NCBI GenBank assembly: GCA_951406725.2
Contig: OX597828.1
Span: 33,480,001-33,544,000 of the forward strand
Length of the DNA stretch: 64,000 nt
Direction: 5' to 3'
Source: Octopus vulgaris
Lineage: Eukaryota
Each line of letters begins with the position of its first letter. Position 1 is the first letter of the stretch. The notes under the pieces were generated by a model, which was not told the DNA's origin, ran no database searches, and saw nothing but the letters and a program-made list of their open reading frames with translations. The position numbers and the translations under genes are program-made. This document shows, piece after piece, positions 27,296 to 41,085 of the stretch.

Positions 27296-28303
27296 AACCC
27301 AACCCCCCACAGGCTATTCTGTAGGACGGGAGCCAAAAGCATGTGTGAGGGAAGGAAAATTCTTAACAGCACAGCCATACCTGTCGGAAAATTAAAACAA
27401 TATCGGTTTCAGACGCGTGATATTTTGTGTGATATCTTTTTTTGCTGTCTACCCTCGAAAAGCTTTGTAAAATATCGTGTATGATACCCATGTTTATTTC
27501 TGTAAGTCATGAAAACTAAAAGGGCAGCCCTTATCGACAACAATATGATCAAACGAGTTCCATTAAGGATGGTCATTTGCTTTTTCACAGACAGCGTTTG
27601 CTGAACTATAATAACCTAGTGCAGGCTTTCTATTTTTAAAAAGTAAGGAGTGAACAGTGACGAAAATTCACCGGCTAAATTTAACATGAATCGAGCGAAA
27701 ACGTAAAGACCCTATCATTAGCTCAAGGTTACTTTGACTCTGCGTCGCTCGTCACACAAAGTTCATATAATTTGAAACTAAAGCTCAACGTTTACTATAT
27801 TTCTTACCATCTCTCTATTTCCCCTTCACTTTCTTTCTTTCTTTCTTTCTCTCACACACTCTCTCTCTGTCTCTCACTCTGCTGTTCTTTGCATACAGCG
27901 AAATTTTAACAAAAGTCTATTCTTTATTTTCATTTTAATAAAAAGAATTCCAGCACTAATGAAATATCATTTTTACAATACATTCTACTCCCGTGTCAAA
28001 TATATTTGTCTTAAAGAAATATTCTCTTTGCAAAAAAAGAAAACGTATTACAATGCAAGAAAGAAATAAGAAAAGTGGTGAAAGAATATTTATCTACTAG
28101 ATCCTCATATTGTCACAGTTCAATTTCTATGATATTGGGTTGGAAATGAAGAGAGAAAGCCCTCAAGGAATATTTCCAGTCTGAATGTAATCTTTGACTT
28201 CGCTCTTTCTGTTTGTTCAGGGAATTTGACTTGAAATATTGTAACGTTCCTACTATTATAATCGTTGTTGTTGCTATTATAATAGTTATTGTTGTTATTT
28301 ATT

Positions 28304-28374
<71 letters not shown>

Positions 28375-29724
28375 TATTATCATTTGTTATTATTATTATT
28401 ATCATTATTATTTGTTATTATTATTATTATCATTATTATTATTATTACTATTATTGTTATTTGTTATTATTATTATTATTATCATTAGTATTATTATTAT
28501 TATTCCACGTGTATGGAACTTCGGATCAATTCCTTTTATTTAGTTTGCTTTTCAAATCGTACACGCGCACACATGTATATACATTCGTATATTAATGTAT
28601 AAGTATATCAGCATGTATTCGTTTTTGTGCTAATTTATATACGTCTATACACACACACACACATATATATACAAGTGCATGTAAATATATGTCTACTTAC
28701 GTATATGGATGTATTTATAAATATATATAGCGTAACATGTATATTTGTACACATACATAAGTGTGTGTATGTGTAGACACACACACACACACACACACAC
28801 ACTTATATATATATTTGCGTGTGTGTATGTGTGTGTGAATTGTTATGTATGCGTGTGTTTGTGTGTATGTGTGCTGACGTAGTATGTGTGATGTATGTGC
28901 AATGTGTAATATGAGATTTTGTGTGTGCATGTGTGTGTTTATCCGTGTGTGTGGTTGCAAATGGGAAAATGTGTGAAGAGAGAGAAATTCCATAGAATGT
29001 ATACTAGAGTATATGTTAAGAAAACGATATTAAAAGGGAAACCAAATAGAAAGCTGCTGTGTTTATTCGATTTGGTATCATGGTAAGAGTGTAAACATAT
29101 TTGGTGTGACTCAATGCATTGCGAGATCAGCGAAGAGAGGGAGATGTAAAAATGTAGGAGAGAAAAAGAGATGAAGAATTAAGAGCATGGGGAGCGTAAG
29201 ATAGAGTGGGAGAGGTTAGGAGAATGTATTACTGATATGTTTTCTTTTTCTTTTTGTTTCTCTCCTGTTGCCTTTTTGTGTGAAAGAATGCATGAAGGAT
29301 CAACTAAAAGAGAACGAGTGAGAAAGAGAGAAAACGAAGAGAGAAAGAGAATGATATATAAAAATATAGGGAGAGATAGAGAAAGAAATAAAGAGAGATC
29401 CTTTTTTATTAAATTTATTTCTTTTTCTGTACTTTACATTTTTTGGGGCCTTTTTTGAATGATTGAATGCATGAGGGATCAACGTAAAAATACAAAGGGA
29501 GATGGGAGTGAGAATGTATGTGGGTGAATAAAAAGAAAGAATGAAAGAAAGAAGGAACGAACGAACGAAAGAAAGTAGGGAAAAAGAGATGGAAAATTTC
29601 AAATGTGGGAAATGAAAGAGAATTAGAGAGAGTATTCGCGAGTAAACTTATTCTCACTCCTTTCGTTCTCTCGTTGTCACTTTCTCTCTCTTTCCCTCTC
29701 TATTTCTCTCTCGTTCTCTCTCCG

Positions 29725-29756
<32 letters not shown>

Positions 29757-30222
29757 ACTCTCTCTCTCTTTGTCTGTTTGCGTTAATAAACGCATGAAGT
29801 AACACCGCCGACAGAGTGAGAAAATGAATAACAAAGACTGATTGTCGAATGAGTCAGAGAGAGAGAGAGAGCCATAAATAGATAGAGAGAGAGGGGAGAG
29901 AGACAGAGAGACAGAGAGACAGACAGAGAGACATTAATATATGGAGAAAGAAAAAGTAAGACATAGCGAGCAATATTTTTTATATATTGACTTTAAACTT
30001 TTTATTTATTTTTTATTTCTTTCACTTTATATTTTGGTATTATTTTACATTCTAAAATATTCATCGGCAGAATTGTTTGTTGAAATAGACCGTTATTCTT
30101 ACACAATAACGGACCCATAACTTCCTCTATTGTATTCCAAAAGTCTTATGGACTTTCTTTTTAATTTTTTCCCTCTTTGTTGGTGCTGATATTGTATTGG
30201 TGTTAATCGATCTTTTTCTACT

Positions 30223-30272
<50 letters not shown>

Positions 30273-30291
30273 CGTGTGTGCGTGTATATAC

Positions 30292-30386
<95 letters not shown>

Positions 30387-31018
30387 CACGCATATATATA
30401 TATATATATAGATATATATCTGTGTGTGTGTGTTTATAAATTGTGTGTCATAACGTTTGCTATATGAGGAGAACATTTGAAATAATACATGCTGTCCAAA
30501 TGTACATGTTATTAATATCGTAGAAGGAAAAGCATAAAATATTGAGATGCAGAAAGCATGGCAAAGGATCTGTCTAAATAAATTACATTTTTACTGAAAC
30601 TGCATTTTTGTTACATCAATTTAACTCAGGTGTTCAAACCTTGCTGCAACGGTTTGCTTTTCTTTCAACCTTCCTAGGTTACTTGTGCTAGTGTTATTGT
30701 GTCTACTGTTGTTATTGTTTAGCAGCACCAGTGCATGCCATCATAGTGACACTGGGGTAAAATATACGAAGCCCAGTTTCAATCCAGTCTGAAGAAGCCT
30801 ATTCATTCTGTAATTATAAGACAGGAAATGATGAACTTATCTTGGCAAGCCAATATTAGACTTGCAGCATTTTACATTATTGATGCTACTTAACCTCTTA
30901 TTGAGGTTACTGAGCAAAGAAATTATTGATGCTACTTAACCTTTTATTGAGCAAAGAAACGATCAGAGTTGTTCCAATCCTGCTCATGCTGTTATATATA
31001 TATTGGTTCGGCTGCTCT

Positions 31019-31055
31019 ACACTGATAAGGGGCAAATAACCTGAAACAAGTCCGG
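31019..31055 (+). ncRNA. Degenerate hammerhead-like motif
   Basis: CTGATAA-ggg-gcaaataa-cct-GAAAC-aa-GTC; core G8 changed to A and stem I broken. Confidence 0.35.
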
Positions 31056-31554
31056 TTCAGTGCTTTTCTGGAAATACACCCTAGCTGTACACCCTACCAA
31101 GGCAATTACGGAAAAAACACGAAAAATAACCAACAGAACAAGTCTTCCCGTAGATGACCATTGTCCACATTATGATTTGTGTGTTGTTGATTGTCTATTT
31201 GATTGGACTTTCGTTTGTCTTCTCGCTGAACACTCATGCGTTGTCTCCGACGGGATAGTCCGTTACATACTTGCATATGTGTATACGCGTGTGCATGTAT
31301 GTATGTATGTATGTATGTATGTATGTATGTATGTATGTATGTATGCATGCATACACTGTTCCTTTTATCATAAGCGAGAATTTTTTTCTTCGCCATTAAC
31401 TACAGTGAAATTGTATTTAGAAGTTTAAAATATATCAGGAACAGATTTGAATTAACTTAAAGTGTACAGTTCTATATTTAAGAGATGAGGAATTATGTAC
31501 ATTAGTTACATTATTTACATTTGACGGATATTTGTCCTCATCTTGTTTGTTGTT

Positions 31555-31600
31555 AATACAACGTTTCGGCTGATATACCCTCCAACCTTCATCAGGTGTC
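31555..31600 (-). ncRNA. Minimal type I hammerhead ribozyme motif
   Basis: gacac-CTGATGA-a-ggttg-gagggtatat-cagcc-GAAAC-GTT-gtatt: stem II 5 bp; stem I 4 of 5 paired; palindromic ACGT at stem III. Confidence 0.6.
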
Positions 31601-31662
31601 TTGGGAAAATTTCGAACTTGGGTTCTCATTCCTAAGGTATTTTTCGATGTTGTTCTTGTTGC

Positions 31663-31737
<75 letters not shown>

Positions 31738-31740
31738 CAT

Positions 31741-32301
31741 TGAGTGAGAGAGCAGTGCATGCCATCATAGTGACACTGAGGTAAAATATACGAAGCCCAG
31801 TATACACATCATGACTACCCGTCTGATAAGGGTACATCAGGTACATGCATTACAACCATGTGTGCGCGACATGGTGATCTCATATCAAGATAAACAGCAC
31901 ATGACCTTGCCGGGGGGGGGGGGGCAGTTAGAATTATTTTCTTTCGAGTAACCCATCCCACTCAAAAGGTCCCTGAATGAGGGTTGTTTAAGGATGTTGA
32001 ACGAAACACCCATGTTTCCAGAGGTGAATTATTCAAACCCCAAAGAATCTCTCTCAAAACACGGCTATGATGCTCCTCCAATACTTCTGCCCGTGATCAG
32101 AGATGCACATATCGTCAGCCACTAAAGGACATGCTTAACTGGTTATGGTCAAACAACTGACAAGCAAATCCGTGGTATTGAGCGCAGAATATTTGCTGTA
32201 GCCCATCTTTTATGCCTAGACAAAACAATGTACATGATAACACTTCCAATCAGTTACGATCAGAAGCCACGAGAGCCTCTGTCTGGTACTGCATCAGGGC
32301 A
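31741..32301. mobile_element. Non-coding interspersed element inserted in (ATT)n
   Basis: Complex 560-bp sequence flanked by (ATT)n on both sides; its end (cagtgcatgccatcatagtgacactg.ggtaaaatatacgaagcccagt) recurs at 30729-30777. Confidence 0.6.
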
Positions 32302-32809
32302 ATTATTATTATTATTATTATTATTATTATCATCATTATTATTATTATTATTCCGGTCACTGCCTGGAATCGAACTTGGAATCTTGTTGTTAGTAGCCTG
32401 CGCTCTTAACCATAGCGCCATATGCCCTTGAGCATACTAGTCTCTCGTAGATCAAGAAAGACAGTTCTACAAATTCTTGCTGAACAAGCTACACAAATGT
32501 TTTGTTTATAGCGATCAAATATTTGTGTTGTATATTGTGACTGATTCTTTGAGTGAGAGAAAGAGAGAAGGCTCTGTCTCAGTACTTGAATGGTACTATA
32601 TTTATCGACTCAAGAAAATTTAAAACACAAAGTTGCCTGTATTAGAATAATAATTATCTGATGCTGTGGTGATTCTACCAATCAATTGTCTTTTGAATAT
32701 TTTAAACTAAAGTAATTGTAATATTTCCGTAATATTGTGCTGAGTCAAAAACTTTGAAATACTTTGGTAAATTATTTACTTTATTCCTCAAGTTAGAACA
32801 AAAGCAACC

Positions 32810-32965
32810 TAGCATTCATAGAAGAGGCCATCGTGTTGCACCTTTCTGCCATTTCTTTGGTCCCGCACTGATAACAGTTCTTGTCATTCTGGGAGAAGAA
32901 CTCCTTCACTGAAGCTTCCATCTCCTCCTGGTTGACGAAGCGTCAAGAGCACAGAAAGTGAGCCT
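32810..32965 (-). mobile_element. Mariner transposase C-terminal fragment
   Basis: AHFLCS*RFVNQEEMEASVKEFFSQNDKNCYQCGTKEMAER...QHDGLFYE. Confidence 0.65.
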
Positions 32966-35772
32966 TGGCTTCTGGCCATCTCTAAATGTACATCACACAG
33001 ATATTTGAAGCTATGTAAAGTACTACAGAAGTTATTTTAGTCACTTTTCCACATTGCTTTATAGGAATACTACTGAAGTTTTGCTTTCTCAATCCAGTCT
33101 GAAGAAGCCTATTCATTCTGTAATTATAAGACAGGAAATGATGAACTTATCTTGGCAAGCCAATATTAGACTTGCAGCATTTTACATTATTGATGCTACT
33201 TATTAAATCAAGTTTCCAGCCTGGCACTGTCTATTTTCAAGTAAATGGAAGGACTATTTTAGCGACAACTTTGCACACGATAGAAAATGAAACACGAACC
33301 TCATAATTGCTATTCCACTATCCTCTCTACTTATCGGTTTGCTTATTGCATCAGTTATGCCACCTGTAGTAGGAATATTTGGCATAATCCCAGTCACCAA
33401 CTTACTGCCAAGGAATTTAATCCGAACCACTATGTCCATACAGAAACAAAAAAAAACAGAATTCTGTCAAGGATTGATGTTGTCAACAAGCGATTGGCCC
33501 ATTCAGGTCTGGTTAAGAAATTAAGAATTTTCTGTTTTTATCAGTAGCTACTCTGATCTGTGAAATAAAGAAAAGACTCAACATGTATGAATGTCATTAA
33601 CAATTCTGTCTTTGGCGCCTTTGCATTGACAGACCATTGGCTATATCAAGATGAGTAAACTGAAAACATGTCTATAGTCGCAGTTCAACCAAGAGTAATG
33701 GCTGCCCAATCTTATGCCACTCAATTTCAGCTGTATGACAACGATGATATCGACCGTGGTGGCAAAACAGCTTAGGCCCGCTAGCTTCAAGAATTTACGT
33801 CACTCAGTTACTGTCATTTCTGACACACATCTCACACAAACTTCTGAACTACCTCACTTCGTGTAAAATATCTTTTTTCTGTCGTCTGTCGCCACGGCAT
33901 CTTTTTTTTAACGATGATAAATATTTTGTAGTGCAACTCAACACACTTTGCATTCTATTTATGAACACCAATACAAAAAGCACAACTTCGTTACACACTG
34001 ATCGTCAATTAAATCTTCATAGAAGGAATTTGAAAGTTGTGTAACAGATAGAGTTAAGTGTCTTGACTAATAGCAAAGAGATACTTCAATAGCATTGCAG
34101 AATATGAACAGTGGAAACTTTGTCCAATTGATCCGACATCTTTTGTTCGTAAGTCCAGACGTGAATTTACATTAAAACACGATCTTTTTGCAACGATAAG
34201 CGATGAAAAATAGCTGTCATTCATATACGAGATTTATATTGGTTTATCAGAATTCGAGTACTTGAAATAAATAAATAAATAAATGAATAAATAAATAAAT
34301 AAATAGACAAATAAAGTGAAATAGTTTAACTAAAGAGACCCACAGACAGACTGACACGTAGGTCGATAGACAGAGATAGAAAATAGATAGATGGAGAGAT
34401 ATTATATAGAAATGAATGTATAGTTTTTTTTTATTTTTCATTTTGCTTCACTTTTCATTCACTATTGAAAACGTCTATTATTAATGTTAAACGAGTTCCT
34501 TACATTCCACCTGAGACATGCTATTAGGTTTCCAAATGTGTATGTTTACATAATTGAATGATTTGAATGCGTACGAAACATTAGAACTATTTCTTTATTC
34601 GATTTCTATTATATTTTTAAATGGAATTATTATTTCATGTGTACAACACTGTTACCACTCAATTACGTTTCAATACCATTGACTACTTTCTTTCTTTTTT
34701 TTTGTCTTTATTTAATCCACCCCACCACCCGTTGTTGTGTTTTTCTTTTATTCTTTAACGAGAGATATTTTCGTCCTTACTCTTCCATTTTAAATAAAAT
34801 TAATTGTTCGTTTCGTTGTTGTGGGTTTTCTCTCACTGGTTGTCTGTCTGTCTCTCCCTTCCTCTCTCTTTCTTTCTCTCTTTCCTATCTCTTTTAATGA
34901 CAAAAAGTCGTAATCGTAAGGTTGGTACATATATCCGGTGTCTGCAGGGTTAAGCTTGTAAGTGGCATATCTTATAATGGACAGAGCAATGCTCTGTTGG
35001 AGATATTTTTTCTCCTTACTAGAGAAACTTGATACATCACAGCAAGCCAACGAAATAATTGATGATGCCGTTTACAGCATAAAGTTGACTTATATCACAC
35101 TTACAACCAAATAAGTGTTAAATTCTCTGGGCCACTGACAGCTATGTAGCTATACGATTACTTATTAGTCTTTGCTAATATTTTATCGTTTTTCTTTTTT
35201 AATTTTACAGAACAAATGTATGATCAAGAATGTTCAATCCATTTCTGTTTCTCCATATATCTAGATTTACATTTCCCAAAGTGTCCTTTTTAAGACGATA
35301 GGACATAATGTCATTGGATTCGTTCACTATTTCTACGATGTCCAGCGCTTGTGAAGACACTCCTTTATTCTCTCGTTATATTTCGTCGATTGACGTTGGA
35401 TAGATTTTGTTATTGATGTGTGCAAAAATTTGATATCATGAGCAAAGTTTCGTCTTTCTCTGCAGAGTATTACACATCTATGCAAGTAATCATTGCTCAA
35501 ATTTCTTCAGTTAAATCATTCCGATTTCGGTTAACATGATCACGTATACAAGCGAGCAGCTTCGAGGGAAACACCGATGGCAGTGCCCGGTATCTTTTGT
35601 AAGCTCTCCCAGATTGGTGAGATTAATGCAGTTGCTATTAAGTAAATAGTTGAATAGGTTTCTGCTGACAATAGATGGAAAAACTTGGACAGAGAAAGAG
35701 AGAAAGAGAGAGAGTATTTCATTAAATAACAAATCTGAAATTAAATTTTTAGTACTGAACCTATATGGAAAA

Positions 35773-36227
<455 letters not shown>

Positions 36228-36504
36228 CCCAGGGTCTTCGTAATGTTTTGTCAGTAGTTTCTGCGGTATCCAGTAAACGAATTTGGTTTTAACCATGGCT
36301 GATAACTGGGTGACGAAGATGGTTTGACGTTAGTGTATATTTTCTGCTGGATTAGCACACATCCGATTCAGAAAACTAACAAAAAGTTTTGTAAATTAAT
36401 AATGCAGGATTTGAATCCTCGTTTGGATTGCTGAAGATGAGATTGATAAAAGCAATATCATATTTTCAATTGGTGTCGATCGCGGTAGATTAACTAAATT
36501 AGTA

Positions 36505-36829
36505 TGGAAGCACTCCGTCGGTTACGACGATGAGGGTTCCGGTTGATCCGACCAACGGAACAGCCTGCTCGTGAAATTAACGTGTAAGTGGCTGAGAACT
36601 CCACAGACACGTGTACCCTTAACGTAGTTCTCGGGGATATTCAGCGTGACACAGAGAGTGACAAGGCCGACCCTTTGAAATACAGGTACAACAGAAACAG
36701 GAAGTAAGAGTGAGAGAAAGTTGTGGTGAAAGAGTACAGCAGGGATCACCACCATCCCCTGCCGGAGCCTCGTGGAGCTTTTAGGTGTTTTCGCTCAATA
36801 AACACTCACAACGCCCGGTCTGGGAATCG
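36505..36829 (-). mobile_element. tRNA-derived SINE family C, 5'-truncated, 13-bp TSD
   Basis: Near-identical reverse complement of 41123-41440; TSD aactaaattagta at 36492-36504 and 36830-36842. Confidence 0.9.
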
Positions 36830-37044
36830 AACTAAATTAGTAGAGCTCAGGTAAGATAATTTGCAAGAAATATTCCACCCAGTTTCTTTACGTTGTGAGT
36901 TCGACTCCCTCCAGTATTAAATTTACATTTTATCCTTTCCCTCTGCCGAAAATATAAGCATCAATTGAATAATGCAGACGAAAAATTTATATACATTCTA
37001 ACATCATAAAAATTGGATGACATTATGCTTAGGTATAACACGTA

Positions 37045-37205
37045 GGCGCGTGGTTTAGTAGCTGGACTCATGATCGTAAGATTATGGTTTCGATTCCTGT
37101 ACCAGGCAATGCGAGCAAAACACTTCATATCACATTGTTCCAGTCTACTCAGCTGGCAAAAATGAGTTAATCCTGCGATGGACTGGCGTCCCATCCAGGG
37201 CGGCG
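37045..37205 (+). mobile_element. tRNA-derived SINE with cctgcgatggactggcgtcccatccaggg domain
   Basis: A/B boxes (gtggtttagtag; gtttcgattcc); central actcagctggcaaaaatgag; ends in a motif resembling V-SINE-type domains (family assignment uncertain). Confidence 0.55.
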
Positions 37206-37560
37206 AAAATATTCTGCAGCAGGCCGAATGGTTCAGAAGTTCTCTCAGCAATCATGAGAATGGTTAAGAAGTTCTCTCTTCAAACACGAGATTTCGAGTT
37301 CACTCTCATAGCGTGGCATCTTAAGCAAGTATCTTTTACCACATCTTCAGCTCAACTCCAAGACTTGTGAGTGAAAATGAGAGGACGATAATTGAATGAA
37401 ATCCCTTCGTATCGATTGCACCGGTAAGTCAAGGCCACACACCTGGTCACACACACTAAACCACGTTGATTCTGCCGGAGAATCATGTTAATAATATACA
37501 TCACTTATTCATACAGCTAACATGTTACCTTCGAAACCGACGGATATCCATTAACTGTTT

Positions 37561-37785
37561 ATTCTTTCTTTTTTATTCCTTTTATTTGTTTCATCCATTT
37601 CACTGCGGCCATGCTGGAACATCACCTTGAAGGGTGTTAGTCCAAAACATCGACCCCAGGACTTATTCGTTGTAAGCCTAGTACTTATTCTATTAATCTC
37701 TTGAGCCGAAAGGGGACATAAATACACCAGCATCGGTTGTCAAGCGATAGTGGGCGAACAAACACAAACACACACACAAATGTGA

Positions 37786-37849
<64 letters not shown>

Positions 37850-38083
37850 GTGTGTGTGTGTATATATATATATATACACATTTGTGTGTGTGTATATATA
37901 TATATATATATGTATGTATGACGGGCTTCTTTCAGTTTCCGTCTACCGAATCCACTCACAAGGCTTTGGTTGGCCCGAAGCTACAGTAAGAAGACACCTG
38001 TCCAAGTTGTCACGCAGTGGGACTGAACCCGAAACCGTGTGGTTGGTAAGCAAGCTTCTTACCACACAGCCACGCCTGCGCCT
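37561..38083 (-). mobile_element. SINE family A, full length
   Basis: Reverse complement of 38917-39344, with internal TA/GT microsatellite. Confidence 0.9.
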
Positions 38084-38266
38084 CTACTTACTTTATGTTA
38101 TCATGTCTTTGTGTTACTTATTCAAACCGTTCTGATTTTTTTCATCCCTTCCATCTAGGTTTATTTAAATAAGTACAAGGAAATAATTATTTCCAATCGC
38201 GTATATCCTTCCCTAAAAATTAATGACTTTGGGCTAGTGTTTCTATTTTAATAATTTCATAGCTCT

Positions 38267-38485
38267 AAGGCGGCAAGCTGGCAGAATCGTCAGCGCACCG
38301 GACAAAATGCTTTGCGGCATTTCGTCTGTACTTAACTCTGAGTTCAAATTCCACCGAGGGCGACTTTGCATTTCATCCTTTTAAGGTTAAAAAACAAGTA
38401 CCATTTGAGCATTGGAGTCGATGTAATTGACTCCCCCACCCACCCTTTCCAAAATTGCTGGCCTTGAACCAAAATTTGAAACCAA
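38267..38485 (+). mobile_element. Meta-domain-like tRNA SINE (family B)
   Basis: aaggcggcaagctggcagaatcgtcagcgc...gagttcaaattccaccgagggcgactttgcatttcatcctt...gtacca...ggagtcgatgtaattgact. Confidence 0.8.
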
Positions 38486-38916
38486 TATTATAACTCCCAA
38501 AATAGATGAAATTCCTGTAAAATGTAATGAAAAGCTGGCTAAATCAGCTGAGGGTGCAATGGGGGATAAATTTCTTGATAGGTGAGTGTAAACAGATTAT
38601 ATAGTTCTCATACATCTTTCTACTGCGGCTGTGCTTAAAGAAGAGTTAGAGGATATAGAAGTTAGAATCTCATACAATTTATTTAGCTCATCTTCAGCTC
38701 ATGATATTTAAGGGATTAGCCAATTTCAAAATCTTCCAGTTATAACAGTTATAACATCGAAAAAAATTATAACAAATACGTGGGCAGTAACAATTACATT
38801 ATATAATTGATCATCATAGATATACCATATCTCAGTATTAGATATACTACTGGGTCCTAGACAAACGATGACTGATTCTTATATACACTATATCTTGAAA
38901 TAAAATCATAGATAAT

Positions 38917-39088
38917 AGGCGCAGGAGTGGCTGTGTGGTAAGTAGCTTGCTAACCAACCACATGGTTCCGGGTTCAGTCCCACTGCGTGGCATCTTGGGC
39001 AAGTGTCTTCTGCTATAGCCTCGGACCGACCAATGCCTTGTGAGTGGATTTGGTAGACGGAAACTGAAAGAAGCCTGTCGTATATATG

Positions 39089-39128
<40 letters not shown>

Positions 39129-39344
39129 TGTATATCTGTGTTTGTCCCCCTAGCATTGCTTGACAACCGATGCTGGTGTGTTTACGTCCCCGTCACTTAG
39201 CGGTTCGGCAAAAGAGACCGATAGAATAAGCACTGGGCTTACAAAGAATAAGTACCGGGGTCGATTTGCTCGACTAAAGGCGGTGCTCCAGCATGGCCGC
39301 AGTCAAATGACTGAAACAAGTAAAAGAATAAAAGAATAAAAAAA
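38917..39344 (+). mobile_element. SINE family A, full-length reference copy (tRNA-like head, internal microsatellite, LINE-like tail)
   Basis: A box tggctgtgtgg, B box ggttcagtccc, tail ggcggtgctccagcatggccgcagtcaaatgactgaaac + (taaaagaa)n; about 17 full or partial copies in the window. Confidence 0.92.
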
Positions 39345-40733
39345 TACTGCCAGAAAATTGTAGTTCTAGAGATGTCTGGAAATGTCTGGAAATGTCCTCC
39401 TAGATGCACTGTGTCTGTAAGTTTAGCTCTAGATTTACCTTTTCTGTGTTCTGGGTATAGTACTTCTGATACTTTATCTGAAAATGTAGTCCTCAACATA
39501 ATGTGTTTACAAATGTGACCCTAAATATTTGAGTCTTAAATTTACAATCCCTGAAACTGTTCTAGATATATTATGCCTGTAAATATAGACTTAGATATAC
39601 AATATAATCCGAGGTACGTAACATGACCGGAAACCATTTGAGGACATGTGTGAGCCAATACAGAATGATATTAAACAATAGCAGCGATTATATTTTACTT
39701 TCAATGATTTGTATAGCTCGTTATATGTTTATAACGAAATCATTTTGATGATGGAGCCTCGACATCGTCGGTGCACTATCAGTTATAAATCTGTAATCAA
39801 TTCGTTTCATTTTAAGGCGAGACGTGTATCATCTTTTCGAGGATATAATAAGATACTGAAATGCTCTTTTTCTCCTTTTTTTGTGTCCACTTAACGTAAC
39901 GTAAAGGAAGTTAAGTAGCTTTAACACTTAGAATCGAAATCCCGTTGCGAACTACTCTTGTCAGCAGTTTACCACAAATTCATAAACTGTTGAGAAAAAA
40001 GAAATTTATGTCTTTGACTATTAAATGGCAACTTCAGTGCAATAAAATTCGTTTCCACGGTTAAAATTTAAGTACTGCGACGTTTAATGAAAATATTTGC
40101 GATCAACTGATATCTGTTTTGACAGATCTTTCTTAAAGGAGACAGAAGCATAATGCAAGATATTCGTGGTCAAGTCACTTAACACGCGGCTTTGACTCTC
40201 GAGGCGAGAAAGAAAACATTTTGATTTGTATTTCTCATAGCATTTGTTGATGTAATAAATTTCGATATTAGCAACATCTGGACAGTATTTTGACATAATC
40301 GATACTTGAAACTTAAAAATAGTTTACAAATGCAATTTCAAATTTTTTACAAATATTATTTCAAAGAGAGATAAAAACCAATATTGCCAACATAATTTGA
40401 TGACTCTTATAATGTTGGGTTGGGGAGTGCTTTTGAAAACATCGTCTTCGTGCAATCTAAGTCAGCCAGGGAGAGCTCATCGTTTCCTCCTCAAGTTCAT
40501 GAAATACTCGTAAATTTGCGGCATTCGTGCAGTTTCCAATACTAAGCTTAATTTATTTAAAATAATTATTGCTACCAAAGTGCGCTGGTTGTTATTGTCG
40601 CGGTTTAGCCCCAAGTTAGTCCTAAGAAATCTTTCGATCAAGAGCGTTTAAACCGTGATCATCGTGTAGTCTTTTTCTTTTTAAATTACAGTATATCAAA
40701 ACGACGATTCTGTCTCTTATGATTTATGACTTT

Positions 40734-40950
40734 AAGGCGGCGAGATGGTAGAATCGTTTATACATTGGACAAAGTGCTTAGCGGTATTTCATCCGTCTTT
40801 ACGTTCTGAGTTCAAATTCCACTGAGGTCGAGTTTGCCTTTCATCCTTTCGGGACTGATGAAATAAACACCGCTCAATTACTGGAGTCGAGATGACAAAC
40901 CTCTCCCTCTCCTCAAAAATAACTGTCCTTGTGCTAAAAGTTAAAACAAT
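40734..40950 (+). mobile_element. Family B SINE nested inside an older repeat (about 40600-41020)
   Basis: aaggcggcgagatggtagaatcg...gagttcaaattccactgaggtcgagtttgcctttcatcctttcggg. The host repeat (ttagcccc...; ttggctgctatttctagc) also occurs near 6900-7060, 19200-19360 and 55430-55560. Confidence 0.75.
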
Positions 40951-41085
40951 CATTTTTATGATTTCTAGACGAAATTTAAGGTTTGGCTGCTATTTCTAGC
41001 CAGCCAAGTGACCACTTAAATCTTCTTTCTTTATCTCGGTGCTGACAACTGCAGTGTTCCGTGGCTGACACGATACAAACCACAT

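Larger units (their letters stand above)
31464..32428 (-). mobile_element. Candidate composite SINE: tRNA-like head + (AAT)n + hammerhead-containing Penelope-like tail, interrupted by a 560-bp insert
   Basis: Head 32353-32428 (A box tggcgctatgg, loop ctactaa, B box agttcgattcc); (AAT)n; tail 31464-31660 with CTGATGA...GAAAC; tail also present at 4906-4985. Confidence 0.6.
30781..33202 (+). repeat. Identical 112-bp duplication (30781-30892 and 33091-33202)
   Basis: aatccagtctgaagaagcc...ttattgatgctactta appears twice with no difference seen. Confidence 0.9.

Noticed and set aside
32230-32301. HDV-like ribozyme at the end of the 560-bp insert
   Set aside because: Could not build P1/P1.1 pairing by eye.
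32353-32428. Bona fide tRNA gene
   Set aside because: Acceptor and anticodon stems pair poorly; better explained as a SINE head.
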